Program-made: the position numbers and the translations under genes
The notes under the pieces: generated by a model
Seen by the model: only the letters and a program-made list of their open reading frames with translations
What the model was told of the DNA's origin: nothing
The model's database searches: none
Shown here: positions 20,015 to 29,968 of the stretch, piece by piece
Position numbering within the stretch: the first letter of the stretch is position 1
Layout of the letters: every line of letters begins with the position of its first letter
Assembly: GCA_045636365.1 (NCBI GenBank)
Contig: JAZTXG010000013.1
Span: 105,912-169,911, forward strand
Source of the DNA: Eubacteriales bacterium
GTDB lineage: Bacteria > Bacillota > Clostridia > Oscillospirales > QAKW01
Reading direction: 5' to 3'
Length of the DNA: 64,000 nt

Positions 20015-20942
20015 TTTGCGTGTTCTTTTTATGGGAACTCCGGATTTTGCCCTTCCTACTTGTAATGTGCTTCTTCGCAAAACGCAATTGGTGGGTGTTG
20101 TCACTCAACCGGATCGTCCGAAGGGGCGAGGCGGAAAGCTCGCGGCACCGCCTGTAAAGGAGTTTGCTTTGGCAAATCAACTGCCTTGCTGGCAACCGAC
20201 AGTTCTTAAAGATGGTGCCTTTCAGGAGGTTTTGGATCAAACCAAACCTGATCTGATCGTTGTCGCGGCATACGGACGCATTTTACCGGAATATATTCTT
20301 AACTATCCAAAGTATGGATGTATAAATATTCATGGTTCGTTGTTGCCTAAATATCGCGGCGCTGCCCCGATCCAACGGGCGGTTATGAATGGAGATTCTC
20401 AAACCGGTGTCACAATTATGAAGATGGCAAAAGGTATGGATACCGGAGATATGATTTTAAAACGCGCCATTCCCATTAAAACTGATGACACAGCGGGAAC
20501 TGTTTTTGATAAACTCGCCGATCTCGGCGCGGATGCTCTTATGGAGGTCGTTCAATTATTGCTTTCGGGCAAAGCTGTTTTTACCCCGCAAAATGAAGCG
20601 GATGCCACCTATGCACCGATGATTGAGAAGAGCGAGGGGAACCTTGATTTTGAAAAGGATGCAAAATCTGTATGTTCCTTAATTATGGGTCTGAATCCTT
20701 CCCCCGGAGCATTTATCGAATTTGATGATTATCGCTTAAAAATTCACTTGGCCGAAATGGGCGCAGGATGCAATTTTTCTGCGGGCAAAATTTGCGCAAT
20801 TTCCTCTCGGGGAATTGAGATCGCTTGCGGGGATGGAAATTCCATTTGGATTAAATCGATTCAAAAGCAAGGCAAAAACAAGACAGATGCATATTCTTAT
20901 GCCTGTGGCGCAAAACTTGCCGTAGGGGAATATTTGAAATAA
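20007..20942 (+). CDS. fmt: Methionyl-tRNA formyltransferase
   Basis: LRVLFMGTPDFA, NIHGSLLPKYRGAAPIQ. Overlaps the end of def. Confidence 0.93.
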   Translation: MNNLRVLFMGTPDFALPTCNVLLRKTQLVGVVTQPDRPKGRGGKLAAPPVKEFALANQLPCWQPTVLKDGAFQEVLDQTKPDLIVVAAYGRILPEYILNYPKYGCINIHGSLLPKYRGAAPIQRAVMNGDSQTGVTIMKMAKGMDTGDMILKRAIPIKTDDTAGTVFDKLADLGADALMEVVQLLLSGKAVFTPQNEADATYAPMIEKSEGNLDFEKDAKSVCSLIMGLNPSPGAFIEFDDYRLKIHLAEMGAGCNFSAGKICAISSRGIEIACGDGNSIWIKSIQKQGKNKTDAYSYACGAKLAVGEYLK

Positions 20943-20953
20943 GGAGTTATTCG

Positions 20954-21646
20954 ATGTTTTTTTACGGTTATTACGGTATATTTGCGATGTTGCCTGTCAT
21001 TCTTCTTGGGATTATTGTCCAAATTCGAATGAACTCGGCATACAGCAAGTATTCTAAAATTGCAAACGATCGAAATATGAGCGGCGCGGCGATTGCAAAG
21101 CTGATCCTTGAAGGCGCCGGCATATATGATGTTGAAATCAACTGTGTAAACGGTCAGCTTACGGACCATTATGATCCTGTTCGAAAAACAGTGAATTTAT
21201 CATCGAATATATTTAACGGAACGAGTATTGCTTCGATTGGTGTGGCGGCCCACGAATGTGGACATGCGATTCAGCACCATATTGGTTATTTTCCGTTGCG
21301 ACTACGCTCTGCAACCGTAGGGATAACCAATTTTAGTTCCAAAATCTTATATTTTTTGATGATCGGTAGTTTTTTGATTTACAGTTCATCGTTCAGCACT
21401 GTGATTTTTAATGTGGCTGCAATTTGCTATGCCATAATCTTTTTGTTCCAACTCATCACACTTCCGGTTGAATTCAATGCCTCCAAACGAGCGTTGGAAC
21501 AAATCAGAATTGCCGGATTTGAGAGCCAAAGTTTAAAAGGTGTGAAAAATGTGCTTACAGCGGCTGCTTTAACCTATGTCGCAGCCGCAGTGACAGCGTT
21601 ATGGCAGTTGCTTATTATGCTGAGTCGAGCAAGGAATCGGAGATAA
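20954..21646 (+). CDS. Membrane zinc metallopeptidase, YugP family (Zn_peptidase_2)
   Basis: HECGHAIQH (HExxH) flanked by TM segments. Length and architecture are as in YugP. Confidence 0.8.
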   Translation: MFFYGYYGIFAMLPVILLGIIVQIRMNSAYSKYSKIANDRNMSGAAIAKLILEGAGIYDVEINCVNGQLTDHYDPVRKTVNLSSNIFNGTSIASIGVAAHECGHAIQHHIGYFPLRLRSATVGITNFSSKILYFLMIGSFLIYSSSFSTVIFNVAAICYAIIFLFQLITLPVEFNASKRALEQIRIAGFESQSLKGVKNVLTAAALTYVAAAVTALWQLLIMLSRARNRR

Positions 21647-22914
21647 TGAAAATTCGTGCGATTGCATACAATTTAATACGCGATTGGGATGAGCGCGCCG
21701 AGTACCCGAATCTTGCTTTAAAAAACGCCTTGAGAACGGTGAGCGATGAACGCGATAAACGGTTTATTTCTGCCATTGTTTATGGTGTGGTTGAAAAGAA
21801 GATCACCTTGGATTATTTTATTCGGCAATGTTCAGCCCGACCGCTTGATAAAATTTCACCGGCTGTTCTGAACGCTCTGCGTATGGGTGTCTATCAAATG
21901 TTTTATTTGAACATTCCCGAATCTGCCGCATGCAACACCATGGTTGAAATTGTTAAAACGAGTGGTTTTTCTCATAGCTCCGGCTTTGTCAATGCGGTAT
22001 TGCGCCGATGCGCAAGAGAGAAGGACGAACTATTGCTTTTAAAAAAAACGGATTATTCGGTTCGTTTTTCTATTGCGCCTCAGATCGTCGATTTATTATT
22101 GGAACAGTATGGGAAAGAAACCTTTTTGAAAATTATTGAAGGAATCGAATCTCAGGATCATTCGATCTATTTGTTTCATAATCATCGCAAGGGATCGGAA
22201 AAAGAATTTATTTCTGCCATGCGTAATGAGGGCATAGAACCGGAGGTTTCTGAAATCCCGCATCTGTTTAAGTCGAATCGAGGCTTTTCGGTGGAATCTT
22301 CTGCCGCCTATAATGACGGTTGGTTTCACGTCGTTGGCTTGAATTCTGCCCGCGCTGCAGCATTGGCTCCGACCGATGCGAAGGTGATTCTGGATTTATG
22401 TGCAGCGCCCGGAGGGAAAACCTTTGTTATGGCGGCAAATACGGATGCGGAGATGTTTTCCTTTGATATCCATGCCCATAAGGTGGATTTGATGAAAAAA
22501 AGCGCCAAACGGCTGGGGCATGATCGCATTTCATTTTTGAATGGCGATTCCTCGATGATAAATTCTCAATTTATTGAAAGGGCAGATTTTGTTTTATGCG
22601 ATGTCCCTTGCAGCGGTTTGGGCATTATGGGGAAAAAGCCGGATATTAAGTATAAGGATTACGACAGTGTCTCATTGAGAGAAACTCAATATAAAATTTT
22701 AGAGAACGGATCTCAATATTTGAAAAAAGGCGGTCTTTTAGTATATTCAACTTGTACATTAGACCGTAGAGAAAATGAGGATCAGGTTGATCGCTTCTTA
22801 AAGGAGCATCCGGATTTTAATTTGGACAAAACTATTTTGAAAAATGGAATGGAAACCTATCTGCCCAATGGATGCGAGGATGGTTTCTTTATAGCAGCGT
22901 TGCGAAAGGATTAA
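21646..22914 (+). CDS. rsmB: 16S rRNA (cytosine967-C5)-methyltransferase RsmB/Sun
   Basis: NusB-like N-terminal domain and a SAM MTase core (DLCAAPGGKT, DVPCSGLG, YSTCT). TAATG overlap with the preceding gene. Confidence 0.88.
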   Translation: MKIRAIAYNLIRDWDERAEYPNLALKNALRTVSDERDKRFISAIVYGVVEKKITLDYFIRQCSARPLDKISPAVLNALRMGVYQMFYLNIPESAACNTMVEIVKTSGFSHSSGFVNAVLRRCAREKDELLLLKKTDYSVRFSIAPQIVDLLLEQYGKETFLKIIEGIESQDHSIYLFHNHRKGSEKEFISAMRNEGIEPEVSEIPHLFKSNRGFSVESSAAYNDGWFHVVGLNSARAAALAPTDAKVILDLCAAPGGKTFVMAANTDAEMFSFDIHAHKVDLMKKSAKRLGHDRISFLNGDSSMINSQFIERADFVLCDVPCSGLGIMGKKPDIKYKDYDSVSLRETQYKILENGSQYLKKGGLLVYSTCTLDRRENEDQVDRFLKEHPDFNLDKTILKNGMETYLPNGCEDGFFIAALRKD

Positions 22915-22915
22915 G

Positions 22916-23956
22916 TTGAAACAAGATTTAAAGTCCATGACAATGGAGGAGCTTTCTTCCTACATAACAACTTTAGGTGAGCCGAAATTTCGAGCAAAAC
23001 AAATCTTTCAATGGCTGCATAAAGGCGTGCGCTCCTTTGATGAGATGACCGATTTGCCCAAAGCGCTTCAATCGAAGCTCGAAAACGATTCGTTTATAAC
23101 AACTTTGAGAATTTTCAAGAAATTCAATTCGAAGTTGGACGATACGGTTAAATACTTATTTTTATTAGACGATGGGAATGTTATTGAGACGGTTGCCATG
23201 AAATACCAGCATGGTTACTCTGTATGCATTTCGTCTCAAGTTGGTTGCAGAATGGGATGTTCCTTTTGTCAATCAACCAAGAACGGATTGGTTCGTTCGT
23301 TGACCGCCGGTGAGATTTTAGATCAAATCATTCGCGTTCAGGAAGATTTAAATTTAAGAATCTCCAATATCGTTATGATGGGAATCGGTGAACCGTTGGA
23401 TAATTTCGAAGAGGTTCTTCGGTTTTTAAAAAATGTGAACAATCCAAGCGGTATTAATATTGGATATCGGCACATTTCGTTATCCACCTGCGGATTAGTA
23501 CCTCAAATTCAGAAATTGGCGGAATATCAACTGCCAATAACATTATCGATTTCTCTTCATGCCACTTCGGATGAGCGGCGTTCCTCGGTAATGCAGATTA
23601 ATCGAAAATATAATATCGAACAGTTGATAGGGGCATGTAAAGAGTATCAAGAAAAAACCGGTCGAAGGATTTCTTTTGAATACGCTGTGATACAAGGGGT
23701 CAATGATCGCCCTATGGATGCAGAAAACTTGTCAAAACTCCTTCGCGGATTGCTATGTCATATCAATTTAATTCCGGTCAATCCGATAGAAAACGGAGTA
23801 TATTACCCTCCGTCTAAAAATAATTTATATGCATTTCAAGCCCGATTAACCAAACTGGGAATGAATGCTACAATACGAAGGACCTTGGGGAGCGATATAT
23901 CCGCTTCATGCGGTCAGCTTCGTCATCAGGCTCAAAAAGGAGGTAATGCGAATTGA
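22916..23956 (+). CDS. rlmN: 23S rRNA/tRNA (adenine-C2)-methyltransferase RlmN (radical SAM)
   Basis: FRAKQIFQWL N-terminus, radical-SAM CRMGCSFCQS, and C-terminal ASCGQL. Confidence 0.92.
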   Translation: MKQDLKSMTMEELSSYITTLGEPKFRAKQIFQWLHKGVRSFDEMTDLPKALQSKLENDSFITTLRIFKKFNSKLDDTVKYLFLLDDGNVIETVAMKYQHGYSVCISSQVGCRMGCSFCQSTKNGLVRSLTAGEILDQIIRVQEDLNLRISNIVMMGIGEPLDNFEEVLRFLKNVNNPSGINIGYRHISLSTCGLVPQIQKLAEYQLPITLSISLHATSDERRSSVMQINRKYNIEQLIGACKEYQEKTGRRISFEYAVIQGVNDRPMDAENLSKLLRGLLCHINLIPVNPIENGVYYPPSKNNLYAFQARLTKLGMNATIRRTLGSDISASCGQLRHQAQKGGNAN

Positions 23957-24669
23957 GAGTCGTAGGAAAAAGTGATGTCGGAATGGTGCGCAGCGAAAAT
24001 CAAGATGCTTTTTGGTTAGAGCAACTTGATAAACAAGCTTCCATTGCTGTTGTGTGCGATGGAATGGGCGGCGTTCATGGCGGGCAGGAAGCCAGCAAAT
24101 TGGCGGTATCTTCGCTCAAAAATACGTTTGCTCACCTTAAACCGAACGAAAAAATCAATACAGCATTTGATAATGCGGTCAAGCAATGTAATCAAATTGT
24201 TTATAACGAGTCTCAAAAAAGAGACGAACTTTCCGGAATGGGGACAACATTGGTGCTTGCTTTGGTAAAAGAAAACAAAGCCTATGTTGGAAATGTTGGC
24301 GATAGCAGAGCTTATCATATTACAAATGGATCCATAACTCAAATTACCAAGGACCATTCCGCTGTTCAAGAACTTGTTGACAGCGGTCACATAACCGAAC
24401 GACAAGCAAAAATACATCCCAATAAAAATGTGATCACACGAGCGATTGGGATTGGCGATGAAATTGATTACGATTATTTCGAGGTTTCTGTTTCGTCGGG
24501 CGATATCATTTTGTTGTGTTCGGATGGGTTGAGTAATTATGTCGATGAAAATGAAATTCAGTTTGAAGCATCCGGCGGAGAATTTGATGATCTGGCGATT
24601 CGATTGATCAATCTTGCTAATAGTAGAGGCGGTACCGACAATATTACGGTAACTGCTATTCAGGTTTAA
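23953..24669 (+). CDS. prpC: PP2C-family Ser/Thr protein phosphatase (Stp/PrpC)
   Basis: RSENQDAF, VCDGMGG and DGLS...GGTDNITV motifs. Paired with the downstream kinase. Confidence 0.9.
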   Translation: MRVVGKSDVGMVRSENQDAFWLEQLDKQASIAVVCDGMGGVHGGQEASKLAVSSLKNTFAHLKPNEKINTAFDNAVKQCNQIVYNESQKRDELSGMGTTLVLALVKENKAYVGNVGDSRAYHITNGSITQITKDHSAVQELVDSGHITERQAKIHPNKNVITRAIGIGDEIDYDYFEVSVSSGDIILLCSDGLSNYVDENEIQFEASGGEFDDLAIRLINLANSRGGTDNITVTAIQV

Positions 24670-24682
24670 GGAGGATATAGGA

Positions 24683-26644
24683 ATGGAAAAATACATTGGA
24701 AAAGTTTTGAATGATCGCTATATGATCACCGAGGTGATCGGTGTGGGCGGAATGGCGTATGTTTTTAAGGCTTTTGATAAGGTTTGCAATCGCGTGGTCG
24801 CAGTCAAAATTCTCAAAGATGAATTTATGTCTGATGCTCAATTTCGTCGTCGTTTTACGAATGAATCTAAAGCGATTACTATGTTGTCTCATAACAATAT
24901 TGTCGATGTGTATGACGTGTCTTTGGAAGGAGATGCGCTCTATATTGTTATGGAATATATCGATGGAATTACCTTAAAAGAATATATGGAGAAAAAGGGT
25001 ATTTTATCGGATGTTGAGGCGATTCATTTTATTAAGCAGATCCTCAAAGGTCTTGCTCATGCACATGAACGCGGAATCGTTCATCGCGACATTAAGCCTC
25101 ATAATATTCTGTTGCTCAAAGATGGCACCATTAAAATTACAGACTTTGGCATTGCCAGACTTACAAAGTTTGATACTCAAACAATCAGCGATATGACCAT
25201 CGGCTCGGTTCATTATATCAGCCCCGAACAAGCCAGTGGCGATCGTACTGATGAGCGCAGCGACATCTATTCGATGGGTATAATTTTATATGAGATGTTG
25301 ACCGGAAAACTGCCGTTTGATGCAGATACCGCGGTTGCTGTTGCCTTGATGCAGGTTCAATCGCAGCCGGATCTTCCTTCGGAATTAAATGAAAATATCA
25401 AGCAAGGCCTTGAAGATATTATTCTTAAAGCGATTATGAAGGATCCTGCGATTCGATATCAATCTGCGGCAGCATTTTTGGCGGATGTATCAATATATGA
25501 AGCCGATCCCGAAGTCACCTTTAATTATTTTGCAGAAGAGCCTTCGTTTGCCGAAGATAATTCGCCTACCATTTTTGCTTCGGATTTGCTGGGCGACGAA
25601 GACATGACGATGGTGGATGCCGAGAACGAGGGCGATTTGGATGAGGACGAAGAAAATCAGTCCAAATCGATATTTAATACTACATGGTTTCCGATTGTCG
25701 CAGGAATGGGGACAGCATTTTTATTGTTGATCCTTTTCGCGCTCGGTGTTATTTTCCAGAAGGAATTGTTTGGTTCTAAGACCGTTAAATGTCCGAATGT
25801 AGTAGGTATGACGGTTGAAGAAGCGACCGAGGGCTATTCTTTTGAAATTGTTGTCGGTTCTGAAGAGGCCAGTTCCAAACCTAAGGGTGAAATCATTTCT
25901 CAAAAACCCGCAGCAGACAGCAAGATTAAAAAGAACGGCAAGATTACTGTCGTTGTCAGCAAGGGTGGTGCCGATAAAGACGACGATGATAAGGAAGAAA
26001 TTAAAGATACTAATTATGTCCCCGGCATCGTTGGATGGACCAAAGAAGATGCGATTGCTGAACTGAAGCGTCAAAAGATTCGTTATAGCACAGAAACAGA
26101 TTTTAGCGATACGGCTAAAGAAGGAACCGTAATGTCCACTTCGCCCAAAGCCGGTCAGGAAATCGACGCAGATGATGTTGTAACCATCACAATCAGCAGA
26201 GGACCGGAGAAAAAACCCGTCGAGGATGAGCCCGATGAGGTTGAAACCATTGTTATGCCCGATCTCAGCAATATGACTGAGAGCGCGGCAAAAACAACGC
26301 TTAAAAACAACAAATTAGAAGTTGGAACAGTGAAGAGCGAGTATCACGACACAGTAAAAGAGGGTCTGGTCATTTCTCAAAGCGTTTTGAAAGATGTCGA
26401 TGTTGAGGTTGGTACAACGATCGATATTGTCATTAGCTTGGGACCCAAGCCCGAAGAAGAACCCGATCAAGGCGGTTCTGAAGAAGACGGCGAAACCAAT
26501 GAATCCGATACTCCGACAGATACCAAACCGGACGAAACACCGGGTGATACCGGCGATTCATCCACTCCCGATGAGGGCGGCGATTCATCGACAGACGACA
26601 ATGGTTCTGCAAACGAAAATGAATCCGCAACACCGCAAGCATGA
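24683..26644 (+). CDS. prkC: Ser/Thr protein kinase PrkC with extracellular PASTA repeats
   Basis: Hanks kinase motifs (VAVKIL, HRDIKPHNILL, DFGIA, SPEQ), one TM segment, and three PASTA-like repeats (CPNVVGMT.., VPGIVGWT.., MPDLSNMT..). The tail is acidic and rich in Pro/Thr/Ser. Confidence 0.92.
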   Translation: MEKYIGKVLNDRYMITEVIGVGGMAYVFKAFDKVCNRVVAVKILKDEFMSDAQFRRRFTNESKAITMLSHNNIVDVYDVSLEGDALYIVMEYIDGITLKEYMEKKGILSDVEAIHFIKQILKGLAHAHERGIVHRDIKPHNILLLKDGTIKITDFGIARLTKFDTQTISDMTIGSVHYISPEQASGDRTDERSDIYSMGIILYEMLTGKLPFDADTAVAVALMQVQSQPDLPSELNENIKQGLEDIILKAIMKDPAIRYQSAAAFLADVSIYEADPEVTFNYFAEEPSFAEDNSPTIFASDLLGDEDMTMVDAENEGDLDEDEENQSKSIFNTTWFPIVAGMGTAFLLLILFALGVIFQKELFGSKTVKCPNVVGMTVEEATEGYSFEIVVGSEEASSKPKGEIISQKPAADSKIKKNGKITVVVSKGGADKDDDDKEEIKDTNYVPGIVGWTKEDAIAELKRQKIRYSTETDFSDTAKEGTVMSTSPKAGQEIDADDVVTITISRGPEKKPVEDEPDEVETIVMPDLSNMTESAAKTTLKNNKLEVGTVKSEYHDTVKEGLVISQSVLKDVDVEVGTTIDIVISLGPKPEEEPDQGGSEEDGETNESDTPTDTKPDETPGDTGDSSTPDEGGDSSTDDNGSANENESATPQA

Positions 26645-27534
26645 AGGGTAAGATAATCAAACTTCTTTCCGGAATATATACCGTTGTGACTTCGGAAGGA
26701 AAAATCGAATGTACGGCCAAAGGAGGATTTCGAAAACTCGGGATTTCACCGGTTCCGGGTGATTATGTCGAGATCTCGGTGTTTCCAGATCGCTCCGGCC
26801 GTATTGAAAAGATACTCCCGCGCAACAATTATTTGATTCGCCCGAATGTTTCGAATGTTGATGCATTGTGCTATGTATCTTCTTATTCCAAACCGACCCC
26901 GTATCAATACACGATTGATAAGATGCTGGTGATTGCCCAAAGCGTTGGTGTGGAACCGATCTTGGTCTTTAATAAGGCGGATCTGGACGATGAAGATGAT
27001 GTCCAAGTATTGGTCGACTTATATAAGTCCATTGGATATTCGGTTTTCTGTGTATCTGCCGAGACCGGAATGGGCATCGAAGAATTCCGCGCTGCATTGG
27101 GGGGGAAGACAGTGATCTTCGCAGGTAATACCGGTGTTGGAAAGAGCAGTATCATCAATAAATTATTTCCCGAGTTTAATCTGAAAACCGGCGAGATTTC
27201 AGATAAGCTTGGGAGAGGTCGGCATACAACAAGGCATATTGAGTTGTTCCCGATGGGCGATGGTTATCTGGCCGATACTCCGGGATTTGGTGCGCTGGAA
27301 TTGGAAGGATATACTATTGAATCCTCTAAGCTTGAGGCATATTTTCCTGAGTTTTCTCCGTTTTTATCGGATTGTTGCTATTTGAATTGCGCACATATGA
27401 ATGAAAAGGAATGCGGAGTTCGAAATGCGGTGGAAAACGGAATGATTTCTTCTAATCGTTATGATAGTTATCGTCAGATGTATCAATATTTAAAGGAGTC
27501 GGAAACACCTTGGAGCAAAAAGAAAAACAATTAA
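26641..27534 (+). CDS. rsgA: Ribosome small-subunit-dependent GTPase A
   Basis: OB domain N-terminus, circularly permuted GTPase (NKADL, GNTGVGKSS, DTPGF), and a zinc knuckle CYLNCAHMNEKEC. Confidence 0.92.
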   Translation: MKGKIIKLLSGIYTVVTSEGKIECTAKGGFRKLGISPVPGDYVEISVFPDRSGRIEKILPRNNYLIRPNVSNVDALCYVSSYSKPTPYQYTIDKMLVIAQSVGVEPILVFNKADLDDEDDVQVLVDLYKSIGYSVFCVSAETGMGIEEFRAALGGKTVIFAGNTGVGKSSIINKLFPEFNLKTGEISDKLGRGRHTTRHIELFPMGDGYLADTPGFGALELEGYTIESSKLEAYFPEFSPFLSDCCYLNCAHMNEKECGVRNAVENGMISSNRYDSYRQMYQYLKESETPWSKKKNN

Positions 27535-28148
27535 TGGTTTTTTTGGCCGGTGAACTGCGCAATCGAGAACATTTGATGCGCTTAATCCGTAAGCATCCGT
27601 TTGATTTTTATGCTGCGGATGCCGGATATAAAGTGGCTTTGGATATGAACATTCATTTGAAGCATATTTTGGGCGATTTTGATTCTGCAGATCGACCGGA
27701 TTCATCCAATGTTATTGTTTTTCCAAAGGAAAAAGATCAGACAGATAGTGAGCTTGCGCTGGATTTTGCAGCCTCGGAAGGGTATAAATCCGTTTGGTTT
27801 ATCGCCCCATTTGGCGGAAGAATAGATCATACTGTTGCAAATTTAAATCTGCTTCTGTATGCGCGAGCTCTCGGTGTGTCTCTCAAATTATATGATGGAG
27901 AAAATCTTGTTTATTTGATTGACGAAGGAGTATATCATCCGAGCAATGATTTTCAATATTATTCGTTTTTCCCGATGGAAGAAACAGCATTGATTTCCCT
28001 TAATGGATTTAAGTATCCGTTGGATCGTCATACGATTAAAAGGGATCGTTCGTTATGTGTTAGCAATGAGCCGAATGATTCAAAGCTTACGGTTGAAGTT
28101 CATCAAGGTTCTGTATTGTGTGTATGCATTGAAAAGGAGATAAAATGA
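27510..28148 (+). CDS. thiN: Thiamine pyrophosphokinase
   Basis: GDFDS motif and KDQTDSELAL. The start is uncertain: TTG 27510, or ATG 27534 in a TAATG overlap with rsgA. Confidence 0.8.
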   Translation: MEQKEKQLMVFLAGELRNREHLMRLIRKHPFDFYAADAGYKVALDMNIHLKHILGDFDSADRPDSSNVIVFPKEKDQTDSELALDFAASEGYKSVWFIAPFGGRIDHTVANLNLLLYARALGVSLKLYDGENLVYLIDEGVYHPSNDFQYYSFFPMEETALISLNGFKYPLDRHTIKRDRSLCVSNEPNDSKLTVEVHQGSVLCVCIEKEIK

Positions 28149-28540
28149 CAAGACAAAAGCAAAGAAAAATTGTTTTCCAATTAATTTATTCGATCGGTTT
28201 TCAAGGTGTTGAAAACAAGGAAACAATTTTAGAAGAGTTTTATAAACAGCAAGAGATCGAAGAACCCATCCAATATATTAATGATACTTATTATGGGATT
28301 TGCGATCGTTTGGATGAGATTGATAGCCTGATTGAACCTGCATTGGCAAACTGGTCGATGAAACGGTTGAATGCCGTTTGCCGTGCCATTTTACGGTTGG
28401 CTACCTTTGAACTGAAATTTAACCCCGATATTCCTGATCGTGTGGCTGTCAACGAAGCAATCGAATTGGCTAAAGAGTTTGGCGAGGAGGACTCCGGCAG
28501 TTTTGTCCATGGTGTTCTCAGCGCGATTTCTAAAAAATAA
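28145..28540 (+). CDS. nusB: Transcription antitermination factor NusB
   Basis: 131 aa with the ILRLATFEL...P..VAINEAIELAK..G pattern. Confidence 0.9.
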   Translation: MTRQKQRKIVFQLIYSIGFQGVENKETILEEFYKQQEIEEPIQYINDTYYGICDRLDEIDSLIEPALANWSMKRLNAVCRAILRLATFELKFNPDIPDRVAVNEAIELAKEFGEEDSGSFVHGVLSAISKK

Positions 28541-28542
28541 TT

Positions 28543-29760
28543 ATGGAAAAAGCGGCAATTACTGTCACACAGCTGAATCAATACCTCAAAAATGTCTTGG
28601 AAGCGGATTTTAATCTTCGCAGCATTTGTGTAATGGGAGAAATCTCTAATTTAACCATTCACGGCAGCGGGCATATTTATTTTCGCTTAAAAGACGAAGG
28701 CGGCATCATCAGCGCGGTGATGTTTCGCTCCAATGCGTCCAAGCTTCGTTTTCGTCCGGAAAACGGAATGAAAGTGATCGCCAAAGGAAGCATTTCAATT
28801 TTTGAGAAAACCGGCGTGTATCAGTTATATATAACCGACCTGAGAGAAGATGGGGTAGGAGACCTCCATCTTGCTTTTGAACAACTGAAGAAGCAACTGG
28901 CAGCGGCAGGAATTTTTAACGAGCAACATAAGCTGAAAATTCCGCCAATTCCATCTCGGATCGGCGTCATTACTGCGCCGACGGGCGCGGCTGTGCAGGA
29001 TATTATTCAGATCCTCGGTCGTCGTTTTCCTGCGGCTGAAGTGGATGTTTTTCCTGCGATTGTGCAAGGCGATCAAGCGCCGGCGTCCTTGATCAGCGGT
29101 ATTGAATATTTTGAAAAGACAAAGTCGGTCGATGTTATCATCATCGGTCGTGGCGGCGGCTCGATAGAAGATCTTTGGGGTTTTAACGATCCCGATCTTG
29201 CGCTGGCTATCTATAACTGCACGATTCCCACAATTTCTGCTGTCGGGCACGAAACGGATTTTACTATTTGCGATTTTGTAGCAGATTTACGCGCCCCGAC
29301 ACCATCGGGGGCGGCTGAGCTTGCTGTTCCGAATGCGGAAGATCTCCGTATCAATATAACCCAAAATCAAAAGCGAATTGGCGCTGCTTTAGCCAGAGTT
29401 GTTCAAAACAATAAGAATTTATTGACGCGCTATACGCAAGCGAAGGTCTTGAATGATCCCAAAGCATTTACCGATAAGCCTTATTTACTGTTGGATCATT
29501 TGACGGAAAAACTAATGGGCTCTATACAAAAATGTTATAAATTGCAAGAACAAAAATTATTGGCCAACATTTCTAAGTTGGATGCGTTGAGCCCGCTAAA
29601 GGTGTTGAGCAGGGGCTATTCTTTTGTTCAACATGAGGAGAAGGGTGTTATTCAAAAAATTGAAAAACTCTCTGTTGATGATGTCATTCAAATTCATATG
29701 TCAGACGGAAAGGCGCGTTGTATTGTAGATAATATAACGTTGAAGAATTATAATGAATAA
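28543..29760 (+). CDS. xseA: Exodeoxyribonuclease VII large subunit
   Basis: N-terminal OB fold (VTQLNQYLK...GEISN) and a central IGVITAPTGAAVQD...RGGGS.EDLW.FN motif. Confidence 0.92.
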   Translation: MEKAAITVTQLNQYLKNVLEADFNLRSICVMGEISNLTIHGSGHIYFRLKDEGGIISAVMFRSNASKLRFRPENGMKVIAKGSISIFEKTGVYQLYITDLREDGVGDLHLAFEQLKKQLAAAGIFNEQHKLKIPPIPSRIGVITAPTGAAVQDIIQILGRRFPAAEVDVFPAIVQGDQAPASLISGIEYFEKTKSVDVIIIGRGGGSIEDLWGFNDPDLALAIYNCTIPTISAVGHETDFTICDFVADLRAPTPSGAAELAVPNAEDLRINITQNQKRIGAALARVVQNNKNLLTRYTQAKVLNDPKAFTDKPYLLLDHLTEKLMGSIQKCYKLQEQKLLANISKLDALSPLKVLSRGYSFVQHEEKGVIQKIEKLSVDDVIQIHMSDGKARCIVDNITLKNYNE

Positions 29761-29968
29761 AGAAATGAAATTTGAAGAAGCGTTGAGCCGTTTGAGCGAA
29801 GTGGTTCGAATTTTGGAAAACGGCGAAGCGTCTTTGGATGAATCGATTACTCTTTTTGAAGAAGGAATCAAGCTGAGCAAACAGTGTACAAGCTTGCTTG
29901 AATCCGCTGAGCAAAAAGTGCGCTTTTTGCAGCAAGAAAACATCGGGGAACTTCAGAATGAAGAATGA
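29753..29968 (+). CDS. xseB: Exodeoxyribonuclease VII small subunit
   Basis: 71 aa with FEEALSRLSEVVRILENGEASLDESITLFEEG. Overlaps the end of xseA. Confidence 0.88.
   Translation: MNKEMKFEEALSRLSEVVRILENGEASLDESITLFEEGIKLSKQCTSLLESAEQKVRFLQQENIGELQNEE

Noticed and set aside
24016-24696. A 226-aa minus-strand ORF.
   Set aside because: It is fully antisense to the PP2C phosphatase gene, whose motifs are clear. It shows no independent signals.
26440-26644. A low-complexity acidic Pro/Thr/Ser-rich coding stretch, with alternative-frame ORFs over it.
   Set aside because: It is the in-frame C-terminal tail of PrkC after the last PASTA repeat. It is not a separate gene or a DNA repeat array.
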